A stretch of 64,000 nt of DNA from Candidatus Omnitrophota bacterium. Its GTDB lineage: Bacteria; Ratteibacteria; UBA8468; MWAK01. Of this stretch, positions 27,159-37,060 are shown in pieces. The notes beneath the pieces were generated by a model. That model saw only the letters and a list, made by a program, of their open reading frames with translations. It was not told the DNA's origin and ran no database searches. The stretch's first letter is position 1; every line of letters begins with the position of its first letter. The stretch spans positions 46,195 through 110,194 of the forward strand of contig JBDRQI010000004.1 in NCBI GenBank assembly GCA_043826355.1, written 5' to 3'. Both the position numbers and the translations under genes were made by a program.

Positions 27159-28409
27159 ATGATGAAAAAAGTATTCGGGCTGTTTTTTGTCGGACTGGCG
27201 TGCGTAATTCTGTCCGGCAGAATGTTTTCGGCGGAGGTTTTCCGTAAACCGCCGGTCAAACTGGGCGTAGAGGTTCTTGTGGAAAAGAGGCCGGATTTAC
27301 TGAAAGGCAAAAAGGCCGGCTTGATTACCAACCGGAGCGGAACGGACAGCCGCCTTAACTCTTCCATAGACCTTATTTACGGTATTCCGGGTGTAAAACT
27401 TGTCGCTCTTTATGCCCCGGAACACGGGATAAGGGGGGGTCTGATGGGCGAGGTTGAAAACGAAACAGACCAAAAGACAGGGATACCAGTCTTCAGCCTT
27501 TACGGAAAGACAAGAAGGCCCACCCGGCAAATGCTTAAGGATATTGAAGTCCTGCTTTTTGACATCCAGGATATCGGTTCCCGTTCATATACCTACATTA
27601 CCACCCTGAAATATTGCATGGAGGAAGCCGCAAAGGAGCGGATACCGCTTATTATTTTAGACCGGCCCAATCCGGTGAACGGTCTTCTGGTCGATGGTCC
27701 GGTGCTGAATCCGGAATTCGAATCCTTCATCGGAGCCGGGCCGCTTGCCTACCTGCACGGGATGACCATCGGAGAAGTTGGCCGTTTTTTGAATGAAGAA
27801 CTGCAGATTAACTGTGAACTTGAAGTGGTATTGATGGAAGGGTGGCAGCGAAGCATGTCCTGGCGGGATACGGGCCTGTTTTGGACACCAACCTCGCCTC
27901 ACATTCCGGAGATGGATACCGTCTGGTTTTACCCGATAACGGGTATCTTCGGGGAACTGTCCGTTGCGAGCGTGGGGGTGGGCTATACGCTTCCTTTTAA
28001 GATTGTAGGGTCGCCCTGGATGGACGCGGAAAAGGTTTCGGAGGAGTTAAACAAGCGCCATATCCCCGGCGTCTATTTTCAACCATTCAGTTTTGTGCCT
28101 TTCTACGGTAAGTTTAAAGATGAGCCGTGCAACGGATTCCGAATTGTCATCCGGGATGAAACGTCATTTCGGCCAGTGGCAACCGGATATCATATTATTA
28201 ATGCCCTGCTTAAACTCTATCCGGGAAATTTCAAATTTTCCAGTCCGGAAGTACGGAAGCGAACTGCCTCTTTTGACAAAGCCAACGGAACAGACAAAAT
28301 CCGGCTTATGTTTGAAAAAAATATCCCGGCGGAAGATATTATTCGGAGTTACCAGGCGGAATTGAACGAGTTCCGCGGAAAAAGGCAGCGGTATCTTTTG
28401 TATGAATAG
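27159..28409 (+). CDS. namZ: Exo-beta-N-acetylmuramidase NamZ (DUF1343/YbbC family)
   Basis: Signal peptide; APEHGIRG, SLYG, FDIQDIGSRSYTY, DRPNP, HGMTIGE, PTSPHIP; extended -10 tgttataat at 27085-27093. Confidence 0.9.
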   Translation: MMKKVFGLFFVGLACVILSGRMFSAEVFRKPPVKLGVEVLVEKRPDLLKGKKAGLITNRSGTDSRLNSSIDLIYGIPGVKLVALYAPEHGIRGGLMGEVENETDQKTGIPVFSLYGKTRRPTRQMLKDIEVLLFDIQDIGSRSYTYITTLKYCMEEAAKERIPLIILDRPNPVNGLLVDGPVLNPEFESFIGAGPLAYLHGMTIGEVGRFLNEELQINCELEVVLMEGWQRSMSWRDTGLFWTPTSPHIPEMDTVWFYPITGIFGELSVASVGVGYTLPFKIVGSPWMDAEKVSEELNKRHIPGVYFQPFSFVPFYGKFKDEPCNGFRIVIRDETSFRPVATGYHIINALLKLYPGNFKFSSPEVRKRTASFDKANGTDKIRLMFEKNIPAEDIIRSYQAELNEFRGKRQRYLLYE

Positions 28410-28420
28410 CCGGCAAACAG

Positions 28421-30301
28421 ATGAATGAAAGAGCAAAAAGATTTGTCAAACAGGAGAAAGAATTCCACCTTGGAAACCTGCCCACCGAACAATTCCATCC
28501 GGTAACGAAAGAACTGAGCCGAGTTACCCTCGACAATCCCGGCGAAGCCGTAAAATTGTTACTAACCGTAGACCAGGATGTTGCCGTTCTCCTGGGCAAG
28601 GCGAAGACAAGGAAGCACCTGGCAGATATAGCCGGTGAAATCGCCGGTACGATTTTTAATCGCGGGCGCGTATTTTTTACCGGCTGCGGAGCAACCGGGC
28701 GCCTGGCTATTCTGCTTGATGCCGGCTGGCGCAGATTCTGGCGCGAAATGAAGGAAAGAGAAACCTCCCTGACCAATAAGAATAATTTCCCTGATTTCGA
28801 AAACAGCGTGATAAGCGTTATGGCCGGCGGGGATTTTGCCCTGATAAAGTCGGTTGAAGGTTACGAAGATTTTACCGCTTTCGGCAGACGTCAGATGCAA
28901 GATGTGACGGTTAACAAAAACGACCTGGTTGTAGCTGTTACCGAGGGTGGTGAAACCAGTTTTGTTATCGGCACTGCCTGGGCCGGCCTTCAAGCCGGCG
29001 CAAAAGTTTATTATGTTTATAATAATCCCGACCGGTCCCTGGTCAATATCCGGCGCTGTCGGGAAATCATCGAGGAAAAAGGCATAAAAAAAATATGCCT
29101 GGCGACCGGACCAATGGCTGTCAGCGGTTCAACCCGGATGCAGGCAGTCAGCGCAGAACTGGCTGTTTTGGGCGGAGCCATGGAAATTGCGATACAGCGC
29201 ATACTTTCCGTCTGTTCCGATAATGCTGATTTTCCGCGTTTTGACATAACCGGAAACCCGGCCGGAACACTGGCCACCCTTTCTTCTTTAATCAAAAAAC
29301 TCCTTTCGGAAGAAAACGTTAAAAACATAACCCGGCTGGTCCTTTTCGAAAAGGGCATTTATGAAAAACGCGGGCTGGTCACGTATCTGGCCGATAAATA
29401 CAGTCTCGATGTAATAACAGACACCACCGAACGTTCGCCGACTTTCCTGGTTCCGCCTTTCCGGAAAACCGGCGATTCGGCTTCACCACCTTCCTGGGCT
29501 TTTGTCGTCCGCCCGGAAAAATCCAGTCAAAAGGCCTGGAATAACCTTCTCCAGAGGGATTTCAACGAAGTAAAATGGTCGCGGGAAGAGATTGACCGGA
29601 TGCTGCGGGGTAAAGCAGGCATGCAGAAGAAATTCCCGAGGCTTGACCGGGAAGAGATACTGCGTTTTGACATCAGCCGGAACGGTTTGAAGAAGAGAAT
29701 GCGCGCCAAGTCGGATGGTTTGATTGCATTCCTGGCCGGGGACGAAATAGAAAAGAAGGATTTTTTCCAGCCGTATCTTTCCGCCTTCAGAACCGCGGCA
29801 AAAAAAGGGGGACAGACCGCCGTATTTTTTTTAGGGACAAGGGAACAGAAGCGACGACTCCGGAAGAGCCTCCGTAATCTCGGCGTAAAAACGAGCTTTT
29901 TTACGGTAACGGTGCCGCTGTCCGGAGGTTACCTGGGAATCCCGGAACACCTTGCCTTAAAAATGTTTTTGAATGCTGTTTCAACCCTCACCATGGTTCT
30001 GATGGGAAGGGTGCTGGGCAATATGATGATTTTTGTATCGCCCGGCAACAAAAAACTTTACGACCGGGCCACGCGCTACGTATCTCAGCTGACAGGTCAA
30101 CCTTACCCGGCTTCATGCTCAGCTTTTTTTCGTTCGTTGGATTTTGTTAAGGAACAGTTTTCTTCAGGATGCGGGGTCTCTTCGCCGGTTTTACTGGCAT
30201 CAATCTGCCTCAAAAAAAAGTGTTTGCCGGAAGAAGCGGAGTCAATTCTGAAAAAAAGCAGGATAAGTCTTACAACATCCGGGAAAATCTGCGGGATATA
30301 A
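28421..30301 (+). CDS. Double-length MurQ/GKRP-like SIS-domain protein
   Basis: LPTEQ, GCGATGRL, GPMAVSGSTRMQA, DTTERSPTF, KMFLNAVST..GRVLGNMM..NKKLYDRA; 626 aa. Confidence 0.75.
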   Translation: MNERAKRFVKQEKEFHLGNLPTEQFHPVTKELSRVTLDNPGEAVKLLLTVDQDVAVLLGKAKTRKHLADIAGEIAGTIFNRGRVFFTGCGATGRLAILLDAGWRRFWREMKERETSLTNKNNFPDFENSVISVMAGGDFALIKSVEGYEDFTAFGRRQMQDVTVNKNDLVVAVTEGGETSFVIGTAWAGLQAGAKVYYVYNNPDRSLVNIRRCREIIEEKGIKKICLATGPMAVSGSTRMQAVSAELAVLGGAMEIAIQRILSVCSDNADFPRFDITGNPAGTLATLSSLIKKLLSEENVKNITRLVLFEKGIYEKRGLVTYLADKYSLDVITDTTERSPTFLVPPFRKTGDSASPPSWAFVVRPEKSSQKAWNNLLQRDFNEVKWSREEIDRMLRGKAGMQKKFPRLDREEILRFDISRNGLKKRMRAKSDGLIAFLAGDEIEKKDFFQPYLSAFRTAAKKGGQTAVFFLGTREQKRRLRKSLRNLGVKTSFFTVTVPLSGGYLGIPEHLALKMFLNAVSTLTMVLMGRVLGNMMIFVSPGNKKLYDRATRYVSQLTGQPYPASCSAFFRSLDFVKEQFSSGCGVSSPVLLASICLKKKCLPEEAESILKKSRISLTTSGKICGI

Positions 30302-30490
30302 ACGGGGTATCGGGTGATGATAAACAGTGACATTTCGAACATCCAGGGGTGTCGCGAAGTCCGCTGAGAGATTCCTAAAGTTGTTTTTGCGAAGGCGAGT
30401 AATCTTTCTCGGCAGAACCCCTTGGCTATTGGACAGATAGAACGGAAAAGAGGTATAATAACAATTTTAGTTAATAACAGGGAGGACGGG

Positions 30491-30697
30491 ATGCATACGG
30501 GAAAAATAAAGAAATTGGTGCGGGACAGAGGATTTGGATTTATTGCTGACACGGACGGTAAAGAGGTATTTTTCCATCAAACAAGTCTGGTGGAAACAAC
30601 CTTTGATGCGTTGAACGAAGACCAGGCGGTGGAGTTTGAGGTCGAGAAATCGGATAAAGGGCCGCGTGCCGTTAACGTGCGCGTTGTCCAGCAATAA
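30491..30697 (+). CDS. Cold-shock protein
   Basis: RNP1 RGFGFI, RNP2 VFFH, KGPRAVNV; RBS ggagg. Confidence 0.95.
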   Translation: MHTGKIKKLVRDRGFGFIADTDGKEVFFHQTSLVETTFDALNEDQAVEFEVEKSDKGPRAVNVRVVQQ

Positions 30698-30740
30698 TTT
30701 CTGCCGGGAGGAGACTACCCTCCCTCCTTTTTTTTGGTCA

Positions 30741-30935
30741 TTATGTTTCCGAACGGCCTTTTTTCCAGGCCCAGCGAAAAGATTTCCAAGTAAACGTTTC
30801 CTTTCGGCGTTTTTTTTCGTGGTAAAGATAGGGCTTGCCGTACGGGTCTATGACCGCCTCTTTTATTTCCAGCGTGAAGTTTTCGTTTACGAAAAACGCC
30901 GGAATGCCCCGCCTTGCAGGCGGGGCATTCTTCAT
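30741..30935 (-). CDS. Small hypothetical protein (uncertain)
   Basis: RBS ggagg ahead of ATG; no recognisable motif; contains a GC hairpin. Confidence 0.25.
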   Translation of the reverse strand: MKNAPPARRGIPAFFVNENFTLEIKEAVIDPYGKPYLYHEKKRRKETFTWKSFRWAWKKGRSET

Positions 30936-31123
30936 TTTTTGCCTCCACCATCACCCTACCAATGATATCGGTAAAAGTCAAATTATTATTTTTCCTCCCG
31001 GGCGGTTGGTGCGCGTTGACACCGTCAAGATTATTATGCTAGGATTAAAGTGTAATGCGCCAGTAAATTAGTACGATACAAGCAGTTTTTGATTTTTAAG
31101 CACGGAAGAAGGGGGCACCCACC

Positions 31124-31561
31124 ATGGGATTATTTAGAAAAGCAGCTGCTGAAGGTACAACCGGCGGATTTAAGATTGTGGCGGCTGACGATGAAGCCGA
31201 CATCCGGACCATACTTCAGAAAGGGTTGGAAATGGCGGGCCACAAGGTAATTTCGGCGGTTGACGGCGAAGATGCTTTACAGAAGATTAAGGATGAAAAA
31301 CCCGACTTGGTAATACTTGATATCAGGATGCCCAAAATTGACGGCATTCAGGCCCTTCAGGCAATCAAGAAGGACCCCTCCACCCGAAAGCTGCCGGTGA
31401 TAATGCTTACCGGTAATTCGTCGGATGAAGACCTGCTTAAAGGTTATATGTATGGCGCCGATTATTACATTACAAAGCCATTCCGGATCCAAACCATCCT
31501 GAACGGAATTGCCCTGATATTTAAACCGGACCCCAACCGGCCGAAACGTTATTCAGTTTAG
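31124..31561 (+). CDS. Single-domain response regulator
   Basis: AADDE, LVILDIRMP, IMLT, YITKPF. Confidence 0.92.
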   Translation: MGLFRKAAAEGTTGGFKIVAADDEADIRTILQKGLEMAGHKVISAVDGEDALQKIKDEKPDLVILDIRMPKIDGIQALQAIKKDPSTRKLPVIMLTGNSSDEDLLKGYMYGADYYITKPFRIQTILNGIALIFKPDPNRPKRYSV

Positions 31562-31758
31562 GTTCACCCCACCCACGTCTTCCCCATTTCTCCAGCGCTT
31601 CGGAAAGGGCGCCTGCGTCTTCAATGGCGTTGTAATCCATCCTTTTTGCGTTTCCTGCCAAAACTGTTTTGCCGGTATTAATTCCGCCGTAAGATTAGAT
31701 TTGATTTTTGTAAAACGTTAAAGTATAATTTTATTAATAATACAAAGGGAGGTGGCTT

Positions 31759-31923
31759 ATGTTTGGTTTTGCGGATATCTGGGTTGCTCTGGCTTACCTG
31801 GGTTGTATCTTAAGCGCGCTGCTTTGCGTTCTTTACGGCGTGTGGCACTGGAACACAGACGATGAAATGCCCGCATCCGTCCATCCGGCCGGCGAAAAAA
31901 TTGATTTTGAGGAGACGGTATAA
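31759..31923 (+). CDS. Small accessory membrane protein of sodium:solute symporter (54 aa)
   Basis: MFGFADIWVALAYLGCILSALLCVLYGVWHWN..; RBS ggaggt; below ORF-track cutoff. Confidence 0.8.
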   Translation: MFGFADIWVALAYLGCILSALLCVLYGVWHWNTDDEMPASVHPAGEKIDFEETV

Positions 31924-32029
31924 CGCGATATAAGGGAACCCGTAAAAAAACAGATAAGGTTTTTGTAGGGGCGGGGTTGCATCCCCGTCCGCTGTAGCGC
32001 GACCCTTCAGGGTCGTTTCGGGAGGAAAA

Positions 32030-33670
32030 ATGAATTTTGAGATTTTGGCGATTGTGATTGGGGTTTACGCCCTGGTAATCGGTTATCTTGGATGGCTGGG
32101 ATACCAGAGAACCAAAAACGCCGCGGATTACCTGGTCGGCGGCCGGGAAATTCACCCGATGCTGATGGCGCTGGCATACGGCAGCACCTTCATCAGCACT
32201 TCGGCGATCGTTGGTTTTGGGGGTGCAGCCGGCCTTTTCGGTATGGGTCTACTCTGGTTGACTTTCCTGAATATTTTTGCCGGAATCTTCCTGGCTTTTG
32301 CTTTTTTCGGCCGGCCGACAAGACGAATCGGCGCGCGGCTGGATGCGCATACCTTCCCGGAGTTAATCGCGCGGCGGTTTCAGTCGCGTTTCATTCAGGG
32401 TTTTGCCGGTACGGTAATTATGTTTTTGATGCCGTTATACGCCGCGGCGGTTATGATTGGCGGCGCCCGTTTCCTGGAGGTACAACTCCATCTTAATTAT
32501 TCGCTTGCTCTCTTCATCTTTGCGATAGTTGTAGTGGCCTATGTATTCTTCGGCGGTTTGAAGGGCGTAATCTACACGGATGCGTTTCAAGGGTCTTTGA
32601 TGTTTGTCGGCATGTTCATTCTGCTGGTCTGGACCTACGCAAACGTCGGCGGACTCAGCGCCCACCGGGAACTGACCAACTTAGCAAGCCAGGTGCCCGC
32701 CGGTCTGGTGGCTGCCGGTCACCGGGGGTGGACGGCTATGCCGGTCTTTGGCTCGCCTCTTTGGTGGCAATTGGTTTCTACCATAATTCTGGGCGTGGGA
32801 ATCGGGGTTATGGCCCAACCCCAGTTGTCGGTGCGCTTTATGACCGTGAAGAGCGGCAAGGAGTTGAACCGGGCCCTTATCCCGGGCGGTATCTTCATTT
32901 TGGCGATGACCGGAATCGCTTTTACGGTAGGTGCGCTTACCAACCTCTATTTCTGGAAGGTCTTCGGCAAGGTTTCAATCGCGATGGTGATGGAACAGGT
33001 ATCCGCCGGCGTGATGAAGCCCAACATTGACAAGATAATTCCAACCTACATCAATGTGGCTATGCCGGAATGGTTCGGCTATCTTTTTATGATTACGTTA
33101 TTGGCGGCCGCGATGTCTACCCTCAGCGGGCAATTTCACGCCATCGGGACTTCGGCGGGCCGTGACCTGTATCAGCAGGCGATTGCTAACGGCCGGCACC
33201 AGCAGCGAACCGTTCCCATCGCCAAGATGGGAATACTCTTCGCTTTTATTCTGACCATGCTCCTCTCTTTTAAGTTGGAGCCGGGCATTGTCGCAATCGC
33301 CACCGCGCTCTTCTTCGGAATGTGCGCGGCCGCTTTCCTGCCGGCTTATGTTTCCGCTCTATTCTGGAAACGGGCCAGCCGGGCCGGCGTAATCAGCGGG
33401 ATGCTTACCGGTTTTGGTACCTGGGCGCTCTGGGTAATGTTCATGCACGAAAAGGAGTCGGCCGCCCTCGGAATCTGCAAGAGATTGTTTGCCGTATCCA
33501 GTCTCGTTGCCGGAAAGACCTGGGCGATGGTTGACCCTATCCTTATCGGTTTGCCTCTTGCGGCGCTGGTAACAATCACCGTATCCCTGCTTACCAAACC
33601 GATGCCAACGGAACTCATCAGCCGGTGTTTCGGCCCAACCGCAAAAACAGCAACTGCTCCAAAAGAATGA
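32030..33670 (+). CDS. Sodium:solute symporter (SSS) family
   Basis: DYLVGGR, STSAIVGFGG, GGLKGVIYTD, AQPQLSVRF, AAAMSTLS. Confidence 0.93.
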   Translation: MNFEILAIVIGVYALVIGYLGWLGYQRTKNAADYLVGGREIHPMLMALAYGSTFISTSAIVGFGGAAGLFGMGLLWLTFLNIFAGIFLAFAFFGRPTRRIGARLDAHTFPELIARRFQSRFIQGFAGTVIMFLMPLYAAAVMIGGARFLEVQLHLNYSLALFIFAIVVVAYVFFGGLKGVIYTDAFQGSLMFVGMFILLVWTYANVGGLSAHRELTNLASQVPAGLVAAGHRGWTAMPVFGSPLWWQLVSTIILGVGIGVMAQPQLSVRFMTVKSGKELNRALIPGGIFILAMTGIAFTVGALTNLYFWKVFGKVSIAMVMEQVSAGVMKPNIDKIIPTYINVAMPEWFGYLFMITLLAAAMSTLSGQFHAIGTSAGRDLYQQAIANGRHQQRTVPIAKMGILFAFILTMLLSFKLEPGIVAIATALFFGMCAAAFLPAYVSALFWKRASRAGVISGMLTGFGTWALWVMFMHEKESAALGICKRLFAVSSLVAGKTWAMVDPILIGLPLAALVTITVSLLTKPMPTELISRCFGPTAKTATAPKE

Positions 33671-34248
33671 GGCCGGTTACCAGCGTTTTGTTTTCCGGGG
33701 TGGGGGGCCAGGGGATTATCCTGGCCAGTAAAGTTCTGGCGAGATGCGCCTTTGACTGCGGCTATATGGTTAAAGAAAGCGAGATGCACGGAATGGCCCA
33801 GCGGGGCGGAAGCGTAACCGGCCACGTCCGATTCGGAAAGGAGGTTTCCTCCCCTTTAATTCCAAAAGGAGGCGCCGATTGCCTGGTTGCCATGGAGGAG
33901 CTGGAGGGGTTGCGGAATGCGGATTACCTTAAACCAAAAGGCAGGATAATTTTTAACAGGCGCAAGGTATCGCCTTCTTTTCTTAAACCGGGCGTTGATT
34001 ACCCGGAAGATATTAAATTTCGTCTGGATTCGCTTGGTTTTCAGGTTGCAGAGATTGATGCGTTGAAGATGGCGAAGCGACTGAGCAATTTTCGGGTTGA
34101 AAACCTGGTCCTGCTGGGCGCACTTTCCCGATATCTTTCCCTGTCTCTTTCTGCCTGGACGGACGCTGTCAAGGAATCGGTTCCAATAAAGACAGTTGAG
34201 CTAAATCTGGCCGCATTTAAGATGGGCCGTGATTTTGTGACACAGTAG
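33667..34248 (+). CDS. iorB: Indolepyruvate:ferredoxin oxidoreductase beta subunit
   Basis: GVGGQG, SEMHGMAQRGGSV..HVRFG; ATGA overlap with SSS gene. Confidence 0.92.
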   Translation: MRPVTSVLFSGVGGQGIILASKVLARCAFDCGYMVKESEMHGMAQRGGSVTGHVRFGKEVSSPLIPKGGADCLVAMEELEGLRNADYLKPKGRIIFNRRKVSPSFLKPGVDYPEDIKFRLDSLGFQVAEIDALKMAKRLSNFRVENLVLLGALSRYLSLSLSAWTDAVKESVPIKTVELNLAAFKMGRDFVTQ

Positions 34249-34420
34249 GACAGTCGTTCCGCCTGTTATTATGATGTCATCCTGGACCGAGCTTGTCATC
34301 CTGAGTGAAACGAAGGATCTCGCTTTTTAAGGATTGGATCCTTTGCTAACGCTCAAGGATGACAAATTACGTCGGATTCTTCGCTTGCGTTCAGAATGAC
34401 ATAAATTGTTCAGAATGACA
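34245..34420. repeat. TGTCATCCTGA...TCAGAATGACA palindrome cluster
   Basis: Several nested copies of the recurrent motif. Confidence 0.8.
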
Positions 34421-34451
34421 AATGGTTGTTTGTATGAAAAAGGAGGGTTCA

Positions 34452-35762
34452 ATGTTGAGAAAATTAGCTGTGTTGCTTTTTGGGGTATTGTTAGAAAGTA
34501 CTTCCTGGGCGACCCTGGTATCTGCGGATTCAAATTTTGATTACGGTTTTTATCTGCGGTTGAGGCAGGAGTATATGGGTGACGTAGTTGACCTTAATTC
34601 CGGAACAGGAGTGAACGACAATTTTTTCCGGGCGAAGGCCTCTCTCTGGGGAAAACTGGACTTTAATAAGGAAAAGAACGTTTCCCTCTTCATTAAATTG
34701 ACCTCGGAACCAAAATACTACATTGACCACGGCACGCTTGACGGGTATGTCAGGGATGAGATATTTTTTGATAACCTCTACCTGGACATAAAGGATATAT
34801 TTGGTTCACCTTTAAGTTTAAGAATCGGACGCCAGGATTTTCTCGGGACTTTCGGGGAAGGTTTGTTGATTATGGATGGTAATCCCCTGGATGGCTCCCG
34901 GAGTTTTTATTTCAACGCCATAAAAGCCACCTGGAAGATTAATGAAAAAAACTCGCTGGATTTCGTTTACATCAACAACCCGCATGACGATGAATTTCTG
35001 CCGGTCGTTGACAAAATCCCGCCGGAACAGTCGCTGACTTCTTCCGACGAAGAGGGTTTTGTCCTTTACAGCCGGAACAAGGTTAACGACTATTTTTCCC
35101 TGGAACCTTACTATATCTACAAAACGGAAGCCCCAATCGGCGTCGTGCCGGAACTGGCGGTAAATACGGTCGGACTCCGGGCGGTTTACGGCCGCAACGA
35201 CTGGAAACTGCGGGGAGAGTTTGCCCACCAATTCGGAGAATATGAAGGCGGCAGAAATCGGGAAGCAAACGGCGGTTACCTATTCTTAAGCCGCAAGTTT
35301 AAAGACGCTCCCCTCAGCCCGGAAATAAACGCCGGCTATGTCTATTTGTCCGGCGACGACGCTGTTTCCGCGGCTCATGAAGGTTGGAACCCGCTCTTTT
35401 CAAGGTTTCCCTTCTTAAGCGAACTATACATCTTTACTTATATCACCGAACCCAACGCCGGGGTGGCTTACTGGACGAACCTCCAGGCGTATCGCGCCGG
35501 CGTGAAGGTCAATTTTAACCCCAAGGCGAACCTGTCTCTTTGTTATAACTATCTTCTGGCCAACGAACAAGTCGCGACCGGCGGTATATTCTCCGGTGAT
35601 GGCAAAGAGCGGGGCCATCTTTATCAGGCCACCCTTGGTTATGCGTTCAATAAAAATATCGACGGTCTTCTGCTGGCGGAATATTTTTTGCCGGGAGATT
35701 TTTACGACAAGACCGCAGATGAAGCCGTTTTTCTGAGATGGCAGCTCCAGTTCAAATTTTAA
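34452..35762 (+). CDS. Outer-membrane beta-barrel of alginate-export (AlgE-like) family
   Basis: Signal peptide; LRIGRQD, YLSGDD, GWNPLF, terminal aromatic WQLQFKF. Confidence 0.8.
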   Translation: MLRKLAVLLFGVLLESTSWATLVSADSNFDYGFYLRLRQEYMGDVVDLNSGTGVNDNFFRAKASLWGKLDFNKEKNVSLFIKLTSEPKYYIDHGTLDGYVRDEIFFDNLYLDIKDIFGSPLSLRIGRQDFLGTFGEGLLIMDGNPLDGSRSFYFNAIKATWKINEKNSLDFVYINNPHDDEFLPVVDKIPPEQSLTSSDEEGFVLYSRNKVNDYFSLEPYYIYKTEAPIGVVPELAVNTVGLRAVYGRNDWKLRGEFAHQFGEYEGGRNREANGGYLFLSRKFKDAPLSPEINAGYVYLSGDDAVSAAHEGWNPLFSRFPFLSELYIFTYITEPNAGVAYWTNLQAYRAGVKVNFNPKANLSLCYNYLLANEQVATGGIFSGDGKERGHLYQATLGYAFNKNIDGLLLAEYFLPGDFYDKTADEAVFLRWQLQFKF

Positions 35763-35764
35763 AA

Positions 35765-37057
35765 ATGTTCTGGCAAAAAGAGATAGAGACGCTGAGCCGC
35801 CGGCAGCTGGAAGCGTTACAGTTGAAGCGGTTGCAAAATACCGCCGGCCGGGTAGTAAAGGCCGTGCCTTTTTGTCGGGAAAGATTTACTAACTGCCGAT
35901 TGAAACCGCAGGATATTAAATCCCTGAAGGATATCGAACGCCTTCCTTTTACCATCCGCGAAGATTTACAGGCAAATTTTCCCTTCGGACTGTTGTCTGT
36001 TCCGAGGGAAAAAGTACTGCGCCTCCACACCAGCAGCGGGACTACCGGTAAACCTAAGGCAATCTTTTTCACCAAACGGGATATTAATCAGGTTGCCGAA
36101 TTGATTGCCCGATGTCTGGTAATGACCGGAGTCACCCGGGGCGATGTGCTTCAGAATATGATGACCTACGGTCTGTTCACCGGCGCCCTGATGATGCACT
36201 ACGGAGCGGAAAAGGTGGGAATGTTTGTAATTCCCGCCGGTCCGGGCAATACTGAACGCCAGATAGAATTGATGCAGGATTTCAAGAGTACCACTCTTCA
36301 TCTCACCCCCAGTTATGCCCTTTATCTTTTCGATGTGATGGCCGGAAAGGGGATAGACCCCCGGAAAGACCTCTCTCTCCGCCGGGCTTACGTTGGTGCG
36401 GAACCGTACTCGGAAGAGACCCGGCAGAAGATTGAAAATATTTTAGGGATAGACGTCTATAATTCTTACGGTTTAACCGAGATGAACGGACCCGGCGTTG
36501 CTTTTGAGTGTCGGGAAAAGGACGGAATGCACTTGTGGGAGGATAATTTCCTGATGGAGATAATTAACCCCAAGACCGGCGAAATCCTTCCGGAGGGGAG
36601 CGAAGGGGAACTGGTGCTCACCACCCTCTGTCGGGAGGCGATGCCCATTATGCGCTACCGCACCAGGGACATTACCGCAATTATGCCCGGAAAATGCCGT
36701 TGCGGAAGAACCCATCGGCGAATTGTTCGCATTAAGGGCCGCTCGGATGACATGTTCATTATTCGGGGCATCAATATTTTTCCGCAGCAGGTGGAGCGGG
36801 TATTGATGAGTGTCAGGGGTGTGGCTCAGAATTACCAGATAGTTCTCCAATCCCTGGACCAGATGATCGTGAAAGTGGAGATAACAAGAGATATTTTTGA
36901 CGGTAACATGGAACATTTGGTGAGGTTAAGGTCTGAGATTGTGGATAAATTAAGAGCGACAATTAGCATCAAGCCGAAGGTTGACCTGGTGGAACCGGGT
37001 ACTTTGCCTGTGAGTGAAGGAAAGGCAAAGCGGGTTATCGACCAGCGGTCTCTATAG
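35765..37057 (+). CDS. paaK: Phenylacetate-CoA ligase family protein 1
   Basis: [42 protein letters not shown]. Confidence 0.9.
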   Translation: MFWQKEIETLSRRQLEALQLKRLQNTAGRVVKAVPFCRERFTNCRLKPQDIKSLKDIERLPFTIREDLQANFPFGLLSVPREKVLRLHTSSGTTGKPKAIFFTKRDINQVAELIARCLVMTGVTRGDVLQNMMTYGLFTGALMMHYGAEKVGMFVIPAGPGNTERQIELMQDFKSTTLHLTPSYALYLFDVMAGKGIDPRKDLSLRRAYVGAEPYSEETRQKIENILGIDVYNSYGLTEMNGPGVAFECREKDGMHLWEDNFLMEIINPKTGEILPEGSEGELVLTTLCREAMPIMRYRTRDITAIMPGKCRCGRTHRRIVRIKGRSDDMFIIRGINIFPQQVERVLMSVRGVAQNYQIVLQSLDQMIVKVEITRDIFDGNMEHLVRLRSEIVDKLRATISIKPKVDLVEPGTLPVSEGKAKRVIDQRSL

Positions 37058-37060
37058 GAG

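Noticed and set aside
30343-30425. TPP riboswitch
   Set aside because: Has ggggtg and ctgaga but lacks the downstream conserved core; no thiamine gene follows.
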